Source: Phoronis australis (taxonomy: Eukaryota > Animalia > Phoronida). From it: a stretch of DNA of 64,000 bases. The notes beneath the pieces are model-generated. The model searched no databases. It worked only from the letters and a program-made list of their open reading frames with translations, and was not told the origin of the DNA. Below, piece after piece: positions 1 through 13,738 of this stretch (within the stretch, counting starts at the first letter, position 1; each line of letters begins with the position of its first letter). The position numbers and the translations under genes were made by a program. The stretch spans positions 302,906-366,905 of the forward strand of contig NMRA01000265.1 of the NCBI GenBank assembly GCA_002633005.1, written 5' to 3'.

Positions 1-145
1 TATGTGCTGCTAGCCTACCCAGCATCGGGTGAGTTTCCAAAAAGAAACACTTAGTTCAACTCAATAAAACTGTTATTCAGTGGGGTAACTGGTGGGGATA
101 ACATCACCGAACGATGTTGATAGAAACTGATTGCTAAAAACTTAC

Positions 146-349
146 CAAGTAATGTTGTGTAGTCTCCGAATGGAACTGCATAGTCATAGATATAGAGCAC
201 ACACGGGGCTTCAGCATCCACACACTTTTTGTCAGTTAGTTGACCCTGCTGACTGCAATTGTCCACGAATATAGTAACCTTGGGTCTTTTGGGAATTTGT
301 GGCCGCCTTTTGAAGACTTACACCAGGGAAATTCGCAGTAATAAGGCTT
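146..349 (-). pseudogene. Degenerate THAP zinc-finger (DNA transposon remnant)
   Basis: Minus-strand frame 349-191 reads KPYYCEFPWCKSSKGGHKFPKDPRLLYSWTIAVSRVN*LTKSVWMLKPRVCSI. This matches the THAP consensus (MPxxCxxxxC..HxFPKD..W..W..VCSxHF), with ATG->AAG, an in-frame stop and the HF lost. Confidence 0.7.
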
Positions 350-1085
350 AGCGCGACGACGTATTTTGACAAAAATTCCATCTGTTGCCAGTTGTTTACA
401 TGCAGACATATACGCATGCGCAATTCAATCACCACTAGTACAGCAGCGACACCGCGAGGAGAATTCTCCGAATAGCCCCGTTATGTGGAATTAACTAAAC
501 AGGGTGTACCAATGCATTTAACAGTCGATTCAAGGTTCAATTTCCAAAACATATCTGGGGAATCCGATGTTCGTTAAAAATTCAACAGTCAATATTTCAC
601 AAAACAATTGAAAATTCAATAAATAATTCAAAATATGATTCAAATTACAAAAACCGATTTTGAATTCACCTCTGTCTCCCGTGTCAAAACCTGACTTTGA
701 ATTCATGCTCGTTATCGATACACCTATTGGTGATTGAAGACAACTACTGATGTTCGAAAATGCTATGCTAACCAATGACGTATTTTGTTTCACCATACAT
801 GATATGATCCGTTGGGTCAGGGGAAATGTTGTCGTAAAATAACACTCATAATTGTGAGTCATCATGCCGTAAATTACGAAGGCGTAAAATGACGCTTATA
901 ATTAAATTGTTTTAATCCACGATGCATGTAACTATTGATTCATATCCAACACAAATATTGGGAACAGATTTTGGTTAAAACTATTATCTAATGACAAACT
1001 GGTTCACAAGTCACACATGCGAGTAGTGAATCATCGTCGGAACAAGTCATTACGGGAAGTGAATGTCAAACACAAAGCAGTAGTC

Positions 1086-1916
1086 CTCTCTGGTTTCCTG
1101 CGTGCCGATAGGTGGTAGCCAGCACGCAGGTAGCACTTAATTTTCCTCGGGAATTTTTTTACACCGGCGTTTCTGATTAGCTGGTGGAATTCTCAACAGG
1201 CAGCGCTTTACGCAAACAAACTAGCATGACTGATGGAGGAAGTGTAAATGTGGTCTGTTGCATGCGCGCACCCAGCCTTCAATATGGGGGGGGGGGCTGG
1301 AATTCCTAACGTTGTGGACCATTTGTTAACAAAATAGCCGGCGGAATAAAAAAAAAAACTGGCACACCACTGTGAATTGCGCGTTTGGTGGACTTTTGCC
1401 CCATTTTCTAGGGCTTTTTGTATTTCACGGACGGAACTTTTTGCCCACTTCGCTAAATGGGAGGCTCTTAGAGCCCCCGAGTCCCCCCCGCTGGGTGCGC
1501 GCATGCGTTGTACAGACAAATCAGTGCTTAAAATTTATGTTTAGGAAATGTGAATCCCAGCAATTGTGGTTGCGCCTTTTCGGAGTGCATCTTTCTACTG
1601 TCTATGACTTTTGTTTACGATAGTGTCCTGTATTCATACAATATGAATAACACACCGGTTAAATCGGCCGGATATGTGTTTATTGTACGTGCATGTACTA
1701 CAACAACGCGGCTATTAAACATTACTGCAGAAACGAAATAGTTGTTGCCACCAAACTTGCATGACAAGACTAAAATCTTTCATAGTCCGCTATTTTTTCA
1801 CGTTGTTGAAAAGTTAACCAATGACTGCCGAGGTTACATCAACCAATGCTAAGGCGCGTGCTACTGCGTGATACCTGCGTGCTGGCTAGGCACGTACCCG
1901 GTAGTTAACCAGCGAG
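1086..1916. mobile_element. MITE family A (Mutator-like), copy 1, with nested family B insertion
   Basis: Degenerate TIRs CTCTCTGGTTTCCTGCGTGC...ACCAGCGAG; 10-bp direct flank AGCAGTAGTC at 1076-1085 and 1917-1926; internal sequence shared, in opposite orientation, with 18753-19334 and 40990-41579. Confidence 0.8.
1261..1505. mobile_element. MITE family B copy 1 (CATG termini, 5-bp TSD)
   Basis: TIR CATGCGCGCACCCAG/CTGGGTGCGCGCATG; flanks TGTTG/CGTTG; the empty site is visible in the other family A copies. Confidence 0.8.
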
Positions 1917-1980
1917 AGCAGTAGTCGTGCTTGTGACGTTGCTTAAAAGAAATGCGGAGCATTCACAAAGGGCATAGAGT

Positions 1981-2137
1981 CCAGCCTCCCGTTCAGTAAC
2001 GCTAGGACCTCGCTAAAAAGCAAGACTTAGAGAGAGTACGTGAGATATTGCCGTATATTTTACATGAGAGCACGTGACTTTGACTAGGTTTTAGCTAGGT
2101 CCTAGCGTAGGTCCTAGCGTCTACTGAACTCACGCCA
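1981..2137. repeat. Dispersed repeat family C
   Basis: GTTCAGTAACGCTAGGACCTCGC...GTCCTAGCGT core, also present at 18336-18642 (two inverted copies) and partially at about 7216-7335. Confidence 0.7.
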
Positions 2138-4347
2138 GCTTCGAGACTGTAAGAGTAAAGGAAGTCAGTTCCAGATAATGAGTCGGTGCATCCAACCTGA
2201 ATCTCAAAGTTGTGATTATAAAAGAGGTGATTATTTTTCTCGACTCGTGAAAAGACCCTTTTAACCCTGCTTGAACATGGAACTACCATTTCTCATATCG
2301 GTGAACTACGGTTTGAAGTTCACCGCGAACGTGATTCTACATTTTTTTGCCATGAATGAGCCGAGTTCGTAAACGTGAACGGGACTTTGAATAGGACGGA
2401 CGACCGTGGTGAGGCAGAGAATTGCTGGCGACAGCAGAGAGGAATGGTGAGACTGGTGGCGAACGGAAGTGAAGAGTCAGATCCGTTTTATGAAATTTTT
2501 AACTAAAAATGTTGAGAATTTTTAAAATTTTTAAAACGACGAGTTCATAAAACGAGAACACTTAATGTTATATTCTAAACAGATACAAAGACCATTGAAA
2601 AACAATTGAAGGTTAATAAGTAAAAACGGCCTTTTTCAAACTTGACAAGGTTTTGATAAACACCGTTCTGAAATGTACAGCTTGAGCTACGGAGAAATAA
2701 TGCACTTATGGGAACATTTAAGAGTACCACACTTTTCTTTGGCTATAGTCCCAGTCATCATTCCCTTGTGTTTTCTGCAAAGTACTTTCTATTCAGTATT
2801 TCCTACACTACTTTGAGTTTGGTTCATCTTTCATGGTGACACCTATTGGCGGGTACCTGGAGACAGCTCACGATGTAGCCATAACTGAGTAAAAACCTAA
2901 AGTCGCAAAACTTTGTGCTAGGAAACATTAGCTACACCCGTGTCGCCACAGAAACGAAAAAAACGCAAATATTCAGACAAAAAAATTCTCAACTTTGGAA
3001 AGGGGTGAGCTCGAGAAGTAATTCTCGCAACATATGCGCAAATTTATTTCACGATGGAACTGAAAACATGGATTTGAAAGATCTTTGATAAGTTTTTGTC
3101 GCTGAGACGAAGAATGCAATGTCGGGGTCTCAGATGGTAAATGAGGTTTAGAGTTTCTTAAAAATGATACATTGCTGTATTTTTGCAATGAATGTATTGC
3201 TGCAAAATATTGTTATTAAACCCGTAATCAAAATTTTGTTCACAATTGAAGACCCCAAATCACACTCGTCTAAGAACTTTTCAATAAATTTGTATATTTG
3301 TTTTTTGTTTTTGAAATTCAGTTTATTTTCAGGTGTAGCAAGACATAGATGTGGTATCAAATGTATCAGAAATCGTATCAAGCGAAAATGCTTCATATTT
3401 TGTGTGGCATCAGGCGTTTTCTGATGCGCTGTATTGAGAGATATATTCCAATAATAAATGTCACCTTGAATGGTGAACCAAATAAAAAATTAAGTCACTT
3501 TCTCATGACTGCCTCCCTCACCGGTAATAGAAAAATTGACAACGTCTTGTGAATCCCCCGCCAAATCAAAAACGACCCTAGTCAGTATCGGGTGATACTC
3601 GAATAGAATGCTATGACTTACAGTGCAAATTTGACGGAATGTGTATCGGAACTACATTCTCTTTGACCTCTCTTGATCAATATCCATGAAACTTGGCTGA
3701 GAGTGACCTTTATCTATCTATCTATCCATAGTTAGATTGGTGTGTTTCAACTATTGGCATGCATTGCCAATTTCAATAAACCTCTTCAGTAGATGTGAGT
3801 TTCTAGGTTAGTGCAAAAAATGAAATTGTTGCAGCAGAACAAAGGGCAATTTGCAAGCGTTTTTTCGACCGTTCTTACTAGATTTTCTTCAACACCAACA
3901 AGCGTGGTTATTGAAGTTTTTGGCCATTTAACTCACAAATACACATGTATGTGAAGTAAAACGTTTTGGCAAGCCCGTATAATGTAAGCGAAGTTCACAA
4001 AAAGCGTCCGTTAAGGGCATTGTAAAGTTAGAATGAATTTATTTTTCACAAACGAAGAAAACCTATCCCAGTATAAATTTGACAGATAGTTAGTGGTTTT
4101 TATCTTCAAGGACTATTGGCTGGAAATGTTCGACAAGCCCTCAGTATCCTCAGAGATGGCTTGATTCCCTGTGTCATAAAGGATGAACAGGGATTGAGGA
4201 TTAATGAAATAAGCCTCGCCACGTTCCTGGCTACATAGTTCAGCTCGTCCATTGATTGTTGCTCCCAGGAACTTGGATGAACATGCGTATGCTTTCAATC
4301 TGGAATAATGCAGTTAAATACAATGTACTCGTGTAATTCTTTTCATA

Positions 4348-4466
4348 GAAAGTATTCATTCCTACTAGAAATTGTCACCACTCAAAAGGATGTTTTATTT
4401 TCTGAAAGTATTCATTCCTACTAGAAATTGTCACCACTCAAAAGGATGTTTTATTTTCTGAAAGTA
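4348..4466. repeat. 56-bp tandem duplication
   Basis: GAAAGTATTCATTCCTACTAGAAATTGTCACCACTCAAAAGGATGTTTTATTTTCT occurs twice in direct tandem. Confidence 0.9.
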
Positions 4467-5990
4467 AAACGTCACTGAATTCCCAATAGGCATAGCGGCT
4501 TAATTTCAAATGTTTGTAACAACTTGCTTCCGTCAATACCTGGGTACAAAATTCCATGGACCAAAACTGCTAACGAGAAAAGAAAAATCTTGTGAAACCT
4601 CTCAAAATCAAGCGAGTGAAAGACGTACATGTATGTTTCCCAAGTATGCTTGAGAGCTTGCTAGGTTACCCTAGGAAAATGGCAGCCACTGAAGTGATTG
4701 GTTGGTTAGTTGGAAAATTGAATAATTGGATGCAATTCATAACTTGTGGTCTAGAACTCACTAGCTGTTTAGATTCTACATGTATCAGCGAACCTTTTTC
4801 ACCGTAAGTGCAAGCTAATGTCTTGGTGTCTTCGGAACGCAGCCGTGTTTTCTGAATTGATTAACGATTACTGACATGCAACTCCCAAATCATGTTGTAA
4901 CACTATATGTCGTAGACATACCTTACTTCACAGAGTTTTGACGTTTCCGTCGCCAGGGACACTACAAAAATCGAGTTGTCTGGAGCAACAGCACCCTGCT
5001 TTCCCATTGTGCAATTCTGGAAATGTTGGGGGTTGTTAGTTAGAGGCTTAATGGTTTGGCAGACAGTGTAGAGGTGCATACTGATCAGCCCTTAAAACAT
5101 TATTAATCTTCATGACTTTCATTTCGCATTTTGAATATCAGTTGGTGAAAGCTGGTTCTGGATTTGAGAGAGTTATGCTCCGTGACAATTAAAAATAAGT
5201 GAAAATCGTAAAAGAAAGAGGACGTCCAAATTAACGAGATTGAATGGCCACATTTAGAGCCAAATCCTAACGAAAACTTTTTACTTTTCTCCTCTGTCTG
5301 AAATGGGTCACATGATATTTGCTATCTGATATTTAGTAGCTGTAAGCTTCCTCCGTTTACTGAATGTACAACGTATGAAAGCAGTTCTTCGGCTGGTCGC
5401 ATTGCCCTCAGATTATCGCCAACACGAATTTTGCCCACCAATAATAGTATTTGAAGTTAGTTTGCCCTAAAACATTTCAAAGTTGTTTGTGTAGTCAGTA
5501 AAATTTAACACAAATGGAAAACATCTACTACTTGAACAAGTTGAAAACTCAAAAACGCTGATACAATTCTGTAAATTATCATTTCCTGCTCGTTTTATTC
5601 AACTTTTGATTTTTTCATGAAAATCGTCAAAAAAAATATTTTGACAGGCTTCTGCAAAAGTGCAGCATTTCAAAAACAAGTCCTAACAACAATTTGGACA
5701 GCTGTGCATCAGTCATGGTTTCTGAGTTTCTAATGAATCCGAGCAGCCGTTTCCGAGACGACGTGCTGTAAGTCCGTTAGTCAAATTTGAATATTTTTCA
5801 AGGGTGCTACACTGTACAAAGGCTTAAAGGAGAATGCACCCGAATTAATTAGTCTTTGTTACCGTTTTAATCGGTCTATATCCACGTCGCCTCTTATATG
5901 GTCGACCTCACCTTGCCGAGAGGTGTCGCGTTAATGTGTGAGGAAGGTGAGAAGCGACGTAGCGACGTCAGTGGTTCGTCTGCTGAGTGA

Positions 5991-6250
5991 ATGCCGCTAT
6001 ATTGCGATGTATTGGTTCTCTCTTATCCGAACTATGAAGCTGCGAAGAAAGCGGGTATGTCGTTTTTTCGACTTCCTCGAGAGCCCGAAATGTTTTTAGG
6101 AAGTGGCTCGCGGTAGTGAAGAATGGAAGGAATGATGTTAAGTGCATGAGGCCGTGAAACATCTCTGTGTCTGTAGCCGGCATTTCATCGACAGTGGTTT
6201 CTCTGACGAATTCCGGCTTACCAAAGAACTATTCATACGTTCCGTTGCCT
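5991..6250 (+). pseudogene. Degenerate THAP zinc-finger (Kolobok-like transposon remnant)
   Basis: MPLYCDVL...KAGMSFFRLPREPEMF/(frameshift)RKWLAVVKNGRNDVKCMRP/(frameshift)KHLCVCSRHF shows the THAP hallmarks F-x-LP, W and CSxHF; a TTAA-AGG terminus lies at 5824-5830. Confidence 0.7.
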
Positions 6251-9200
6251 ATGCATGTTCACGACGCCTTTCTAGTATTTCTTGATCAGTGTATTCCGGT
6301 TCGAGCTGATAGCTTGTGAAACCTAACGATCCGTCCCGTGAAGTCTTCGTCGGGATTGGCGCCGGGCGAGTTGTCATGTAGACGTTTATTATATTATGGT
6401 AAGCAGTTTGAAGCTTTCAGTTGATGTCGCTCTGCTTTTGCAATGTTCTACAAACCTAATGATACATTTTCGTATTTACACTAACAGAGTGCCGTGAAAG
6501 CACGTTCGTGTATCAGATAAGTGTTGAAAAGTATTAAGGCGTACCTCAAGATATAGCGTCCCGTCGTCTCTGTAAGCAACACATTGAGTTAAACTAGTTG
6601 CTAGCACCACTCCACGGCCTTTGACGTCTTTTCCCCACAAAAACGTGCCTACGGATGAACCAAAGAGACAACAATAATGAGCCATTATACTAGTATCAAG
6701 CCAGCACTCGGCGCTGTGGCCAGAATCTGACCTTTACGCTTGTAATTAAAATAATGAAACAATCCCAATGAGTGTAAAATTAGCGAATTATCAACATCCA
6801 CTTTACAGTATTTACTGACACAACATTTCGTTACAAATAGGTAAACACAAAGAATCGCTTTAGCTTACTAGGTGGGTGTGTCCTTTCACCCTTTGTATCT
6901 AAACCACCACTAGATGTCACTTGTAGCCAACCTCTTCCCGTGAAACTGTACAGTTGCACTCGATCTTTGTAGAAAGGTTGCTGTAATAAAGAAAATAACG
7001 TGTGAATATATTTTAATTTCCAGGAAAAAGGATAAGAGTAATTTTCCCTGATCCAACCAATAATATCAATTTGTAAAGAGTTGCTACTTTCACAAATGGT
7101 ATAAAATGATGTAAAATAAAAAAGACTCTAACAGTCGGTATATTTATTTATTTGCCTTCAGAAATAAATACAGAAAATCTCAATAATAGTTCACTTTTTG
7201 CAAATAACGGGCAGAGTTCAGTAACTCTTGGGCCTACGCTAGGACCTCGGTAAAATCTAGCCAAATCAAGTGTTCTCATTTAAAATACACGCAATCTGTC
7301 GACGTCTTTCTTTGTAGCGAGGCCCTTTTTACTGAACCCTACCCGGGTCAGTGGACTGAAAGGGAAATCGCGGTCTGCCGTGAATGACATGACATCATAT
7401 TTGTCATGACGCTATACGTTTGAAAAACGCGTACTTGTAATGAGCTACACGAATAGATACAAAACAAGATTACAACAAATTTGTTTCTGTTATTACCCAA
7501 AAGGGAATCACCCACAAAAGATCGCTTGTCGTTACTAACCGGGTCAGTACGTGTTGAATGTTGTGCCGTGACTTTTGATGCTAGCGTTTCACTTGTTGAC
7601 AAAGTCATCTGCCGCCGGTGCCGCAGTAAACTTCTCGACTGCTCAGAGGCATTGTGTCCATTGTTTGACCGCGATGTGTCATCATCCCTCGCTCTTGGTG
7701 TAACTGGGTTGGTCACTCTTCTTCGCGTTCTGGACTGGATAATCACGAAAAAATAAATGCATTATCAAGGAGAGACAAAAATACCACGGAGGCGACTTTA
7801 AATTCTGACAGTCACCAATATTGCGATACAAATTTAAGCCCGCCATTACGTTACCCCAAAGCCTTTGCAACGATAGCCGTGTTTTATCGAGATACACCTA
7901 ATAGAACCTAATCAACAATCGACAAATTAAACGTGGCCATTCAGTCGCTGTGGCCCGTATAAAGTTCTCATTGTCGCCTTTTGTCTTTCGGCTGCACTGG
8001 TCCGTTCAAACTGAACCATGGAAGCACCGTTTCTTGGCATCAGATTATTTTGCTTAAAGAGTTGAGATAACTTGTAAACTAAACCCACATATATAATGTC
8101 GGTTGTAGAAGTGAAAATAATTTTAATATTAAATTTTTCTTTAGCCTTACCTCTTCGTTTGTTTTCTTCTTGTCATATTTTACTGCCACCTTGTGACTAG
8201 TAAGTTCAATAATGACAGTGGTTTTACTTTTGGTCGCTGGTGATTTCTTGGTGCAAGACGCACCTTTACAGCAAGATATTTGTTCCATGCTGAGAGTACA
8301 GTACATCAAAATTATCAACCTATAGGCATATAAAACGCATATGTGGCAATTCAGTGGCTGAGAGTAGCTATATAAACGTACAATTTTATGGAAACAAAAT
8401 ATCCATATGATTCACTTGCTTAATAAGCAGAAACGTATAACGTCGGGATTATTGAGTGAAAGGACGAAATGATTCGACAAGAATGGATTTTGAGCCTGAG
8501 AATCGCTTGCCTGAACGAGAAGGGAAACACCATTTCAATTGGGTTAAACCGCTGATTGGTGTCATCCAACGTTTGTGCAGAGCGTGACTCAACTGACACT
8601 GCACTATCATTGGAAAACAACGCGAAAACAGCTATACCGACTGAGGGAATGGAGGCGTATTTTCCCTTCACACTAAATAAACAGCTATTTGATAAAAAGG
8701 GATTGACTAAGTATCGAAACTGGTGGCCGGGTTTTCCCCGACAGAATTCATTTCACCTTGTTTAAGTAGGCCTAATTCAGAATTTCCATACACAGTTTCG
8801 ATACATTTTCATCATACAAGTGGATAAATGTAGGCCTACGTGTACCTAATTGGTGTAGTGTTTTCACATTCAATGCGCATGTCCAGAACATTATGTCCTG
8901 TTTCAAGTTCAATTATCTCGCGAGATTGGCCACAGTATATTTTCCACGAGAGCATGCGATTTTTGCTAAATTATCTCGGGAGGCAATTGTTGAAATCGAC
9001 TGCAGTTTTCTGTTTAGCGCGTGAAGCAGCGTTTGAGTGCAGTCGAAGGTGGGATTGGTCTTTGGTGCTGTGCACTTCAGCCGAGTGGTTTCTTGTCGCG
9101 AAATATCTCTGTTTTTAAAAAGCTTATTTTTACTACTATTTTGATCTGTTTTGCTCGTTTAATTTGTTCAGTGTGATCGATAATGTTTAAACGTGCCATT

Positions 9201-10288
9201 TAAAATGTTTGAGACAGCGTTTTTCATTTATAATTACGCAGTCGAAGAGCTTTCGGTTTCCGAGTCCAGCATGGCGGCGTGCTGCTCCAGCAAACGAGTC
9301 CTTGTTGAATTTAAGGTCTAGGATACTAGGCGTCAAGGGGGTACTGAACATGGAGCATCAAAAATAAAAAATGCAACGCATGAAACATGGAAAATAGAAT
9401 AAAAATGGCCACTACATCTCAGGCCTTGAAAAAACGATACCCCCCCGTTTTGGGAGTGGTCGATATGGGGCCGATGTAAGTATGGAAACTACCAAAAATT
9501 AAGAACATTTAACAAATAGTTCAGTTAATCAAGTGGTTTAAAAAAAAAAACGAAACACGAAAACTAATATACCAGGCACACGACGTACGGTAGAGTTTTC
9601 AATGCTGAATTACGAGTAATTCTATTGAAAAACTGACCGCACGGTAATAATTTCAGCCAGAACAGAGAGTGCTTGCCCCACCCCCCGGGATAAAGTGGGG
9701 GTGGTAGTAGTAATGTAAGTAAACCGCTACAAGAATATGAAATGAACCCCGCCCCTCATGGATGGAAAATATGAACAAATAACTTGATTTGATAGTCAGT
9801 GGAATACGCGACAAAATCAGACTAGAGTTGGCTATGAAGTCAACCGAGGTGGCGAGTGCGAGTGAGATCGGATTAAACAACTTAAGTGATAACGAAAAAG
9901 GAACTATTGATGACGAAAACTTCAGTCAAGAAATAAGAAGCTGTTTCAACGTATGGTTGAGTCAGGGGAAATTGTCAGCAAATGTTATGTTTGAGCATAG
10001 AACTCTTCCCCTGGAATGCCAACTCCGGCGCGTTACCAATGCATTCGATTGTTAGAGCTTGCTACATCACAGGCTATAGTACATGTTGTCTATAATCTAT
10101 GGCTACATGTACCTCGAGACTTGCCGCGAGAGTTTTCACTGTAAATTTCCATCAGTGTGCTCGACCGAGTTTTGATCTAGTGTTGTTACAGTAGTTATCA
10201 AATGAAGCTTAATTTCATTGCTTCATTTTCATTTTATCGTGTTTGTTCATGATGTGAGACTTTTAACTAGGGGTGCGTTACCCTAAGA

Positions 10289-10425
10289 ATCCTACACAAA
10301 TCTCTGGTTTATTACATGGGCAAAACCTCTTGGAAAATTCGTCAGATTCCCAATGCTTGCCGAGTGATTTTGACGAAATTTCCAAGACGTTTTGCCCATG
10401 TCACACATCTGAGATGTGTGTAGGA
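10289..10425. repeat. Imperfect palindrome (MITE-like)
   Basis: CCTACACAAATCTC..ACATGGGCAAAACCTCTTGGAAA pairs with TTTCCAAGACGTTTTGCCCATGT..GAGATGTGTGTAGG. Confidence 0.6.
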
Positions 10426-10993
10426 TTTGTTTTCTAACATGAACCGTAAAAACGATATTTTTCCCGAAAAACTTGACGTGGCTAAAACTTTCACCAACAT
10501 GACGCATGTAGAAACAATGTAAAGCAAACCTAGTTACTTTTTGTTAATAATTTTATTTTATACCTAACAATTGTAAATTGCATTTAGCTATCGTAAAAAA
10601 CGTTCAAGTTAGAATCTAATGCATTCTCTTTGAAGTTGTAACATTAAACTTCAACAAAAGTTTATAAATAAGTCAGTATAGCTTCCGAGCGCGAGAGCAC
10701 TGAATTGACCTTGAGACAGCACAGCTAGTCAGTCAGTCTCACTGAGTGAATTCCTGAGTAGGGGTTCGTCTCCGTTTTTAATGAATGTCGATATGGAATT
10801 CGGCGCCGCGAAGATGGGTCCGTTTAAGAAGTTGTTGTTAATTACAGTTGCGCCACCCGATTTGCCAACCATAATCTTGTTGCCTTCACGGAATTCCGAC
10901 ATGGTTTGATTGTTGTTATTAATGTTTTGCAGACGATAAAATTAATTCGTATGGATTTCTATTTTGCACTAGTTTGGGATTCGCCCGTGTAAT

Positions 10994-11151
10994 ATAAACA
11001 CAAAACGTATCGAGAGTGGCGTACATGAAGTAATATCACACGAGACATTATTCCGCGTATCGACCTCGACCTTCGGTCTCGGTGGATACGCGTAATAAGG
11101 TCGAGTGGGACATCACTCATGTACGCCAATCGAGGTACGTTTTGTATTTAT
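10994..11151. repeat. About 158-bp fold-back palindrome with GACC-TTC-GGTC apex
   Basis: Arms of about 77 bp (AAACACAAAACGTA...CGCGTATC / GATACGCG...TACGTTTTGTATTT) around a 3-nt loop. Confidence 0.8.
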
Positions 11152-13738
11152 CCCATGCGCTTCGAATCCCTAAGTTTCTTGCATTTTTCGACAGATTTTT
11201 CAAATACTTCATCCAGAGTGTTCACATGGCGGATCACATCCTATATGTATGTACTTGCGCGTTAATTTGCAAGTGTTGTCTTGAAAGGAACGATTTATTT
11301 CTTGAAAAAAAGTGGTAGCAAAGATGAAAACAACGGCAACTGAGCAGTTAAAAAACAACATTTGATATTTTAATTTCCTAGGAATCGGCGCCTGAGTTGC
11401 AGACGATATACTATTCGGCAATTGGAAACTGAGACATAAGTGTCTTATAATTAACAGTTTTGTTCCAGATTTTACGTTTAGGGCCTGGTTGCATGTTGAG
11501 TGTTAGTTACGCGGTTGCAACTGTGTTACTTTAAACTATATTCGGAAAGTTTGATGATCGATCCGGCTGAAGACGTCGAGTCGACTTTAACCTACCTTTT
11601 GAACTTTCCATGTCAGAGGTCGCTGTTAAAGTAGTGCGGGCGGTGAATACGGAAAACTTTATTACATGGCCGTATTTCCCTCGACAGATTCGACGCGCAT
11701 GGGATAAAGAAATTACGTGTTCGGTGTTAGCCTATTACCTTTTCGTGTCATAACACTTTCCAGTTCATGTGAGAAAACCATCGCTTTCCCAGCAAAATTT
11801 GACAACAATCCCGACAATTATACGTTGGTCATTCTTTGTACGCACCGACGTTTGGCCCTGGCTGGATGCCGGGCATAATTTGGCAACTGACATATTTTCA
11901 GCTCTAGTCTTAGCACAGTTTTCGACAACTTTTCATAGTATATGGCAGGGTTTTTTTTCAACAAGACATTTTTGGGTGTTAAAATCATGTCTCTTGCTTG
12001 GGTAACAAACACGGCATGTATCCGTATCACTTTTCTCTACTATGGAAATTCCTACACTTCAGTGTATGTCTTGGTCTATCCACAGTACATTTTGAAGCTG
12101 AAGCTACACAATCCAAATTTGCCCCTCCGTCTACCAGACCAGAAAACTTTTATTTTCAAATTTCAGGTAGATAGTTGGAGTAATTATTTTATCGCATTTT
12201 TTGTAAATGTCACTGCATCCACAATTTTTACTGAAGAACTTCAATAAACGGTATGAAAGGCTCAGTTAACACATAAACATGTATAATTGTGTATGAGTAC
12301 CTTACTAAATTCTTCACTGCAACCATGAGGGATCCATACTCTAAAACAGTTGCCTTGATTGGGCAGAAATCAATTGAGCCTTTTAAGTTTTTCCCTGCTA
12401 ATTGATTCAGTCATTTATAAAACATCTCAAGTTCATTTCCTTGTGAGATTACTATTACACCCTTATTTCTCGCATTTTGGCAACACCCTTGGTTTTTCGA
12501 TTTTAAAAAAAATATTCTCAAACCTGTCAGGTATGTGAAATGATAATTATTTATGAATTAAATTAGTCATCCTTTGCTTTTGCTATAATCATACACCATC
12601 AAGAAATGATGAAGGGTTTTCTAATGATATGACTTTCATGCTATTCGGTTGAAATACGGCTGAGTAGCGAAGAGTTTTAGAGACAGTAAATTCCATAGCA
12701 ATAACCAACACTGAAAAAAGCAACACCAAACAAATGGCATGTAAGCGCGGCGCAACCTCAGCAGTGCGAGATCGAAGTTGGCATTCCAGGGCCAGAGTTC
12801 TGTCGTTTGACAGCACAGGTATCTTTATCAACCGCTCTACGCTGAAAAGATTGACCCAGGGTCATTTTTCCACGGAGTCAAATTTTAATGTTACACCGGC
12901 AGCGCTCGCAGACAGGCTGGATTGTCAACATATACCCTAACCACCTCCGTATCGACACTTCTTCGAGACATATGCCCCTGGGCTGGGTTTTACAGACCCA
13001 AGACACGCCCAGAAAAGCTAAGTGTGACCTGCACGTGGTGAATTGCACTATCTTGCCAAGTATTGCTTGATTTGCGTTTCAGGAGTTTATTGGTTTTGCG
13101 GAAGAGCTGCCGAGATAGCTTTGCCAACCGAAAGTAGTCTTCGAGAACAAATCAGATGTCTTTGCCGGCTGCAAACGTGTAGCCTCTCATGAGTTTCTGT
13201 CAGAACAGTTTTTCAGTAAAGATGGAGTAGGTATAGGGCTAATTTTAATTACCGAATATTAAAATATTCGGTAATTTAAGTGCAGTTGAGAGAACCTTAC
13301 TATACGTTGAGTCATAATGCAGAGCGTATTCAGTAAGAAGTGCCCTCTGACACTGCACCACGGTGGCTAACTGAAGTGATGATGAACATCACGTACAAAT
13401 CTGCGAGTAGGTATCAGTGCGCTTACGTTAGTTTTTCACGCATTTGTTGTATGCATGTGGAAAGGGAATAAGACAAAAACGTACAGTGAATGGTTTTGGT
13501 GTTTCGTTTGACGCCTTGTAATCAAAGCACGTGTCAATATATAAACTTGTGTCGAACGCATCCCTTTAGTCTGTACTTGGGACCGCATCAGCAGCACGAG
13601 AGAAAGGCATTTCTGCATAAATGGGGCAGTGTATTGCTACATTTCTCTACTTTAGCCAATCGGAATGGTTGAACGTTATTTTCCAACCAATCGGGAAGTC
13701 CGTTTGTTGTCATATTTCGTTTTGCTAACGGGAAGTGG

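Noticed and set aside
232-435. ORF with signal-peptide-like MEFLSKYVVALSLITANFPG
   Set aside because: An overlapping frame gives a much better THAP-domain match, and joining it to the next ORF would need an implausible 43-nt purine-rich intron.
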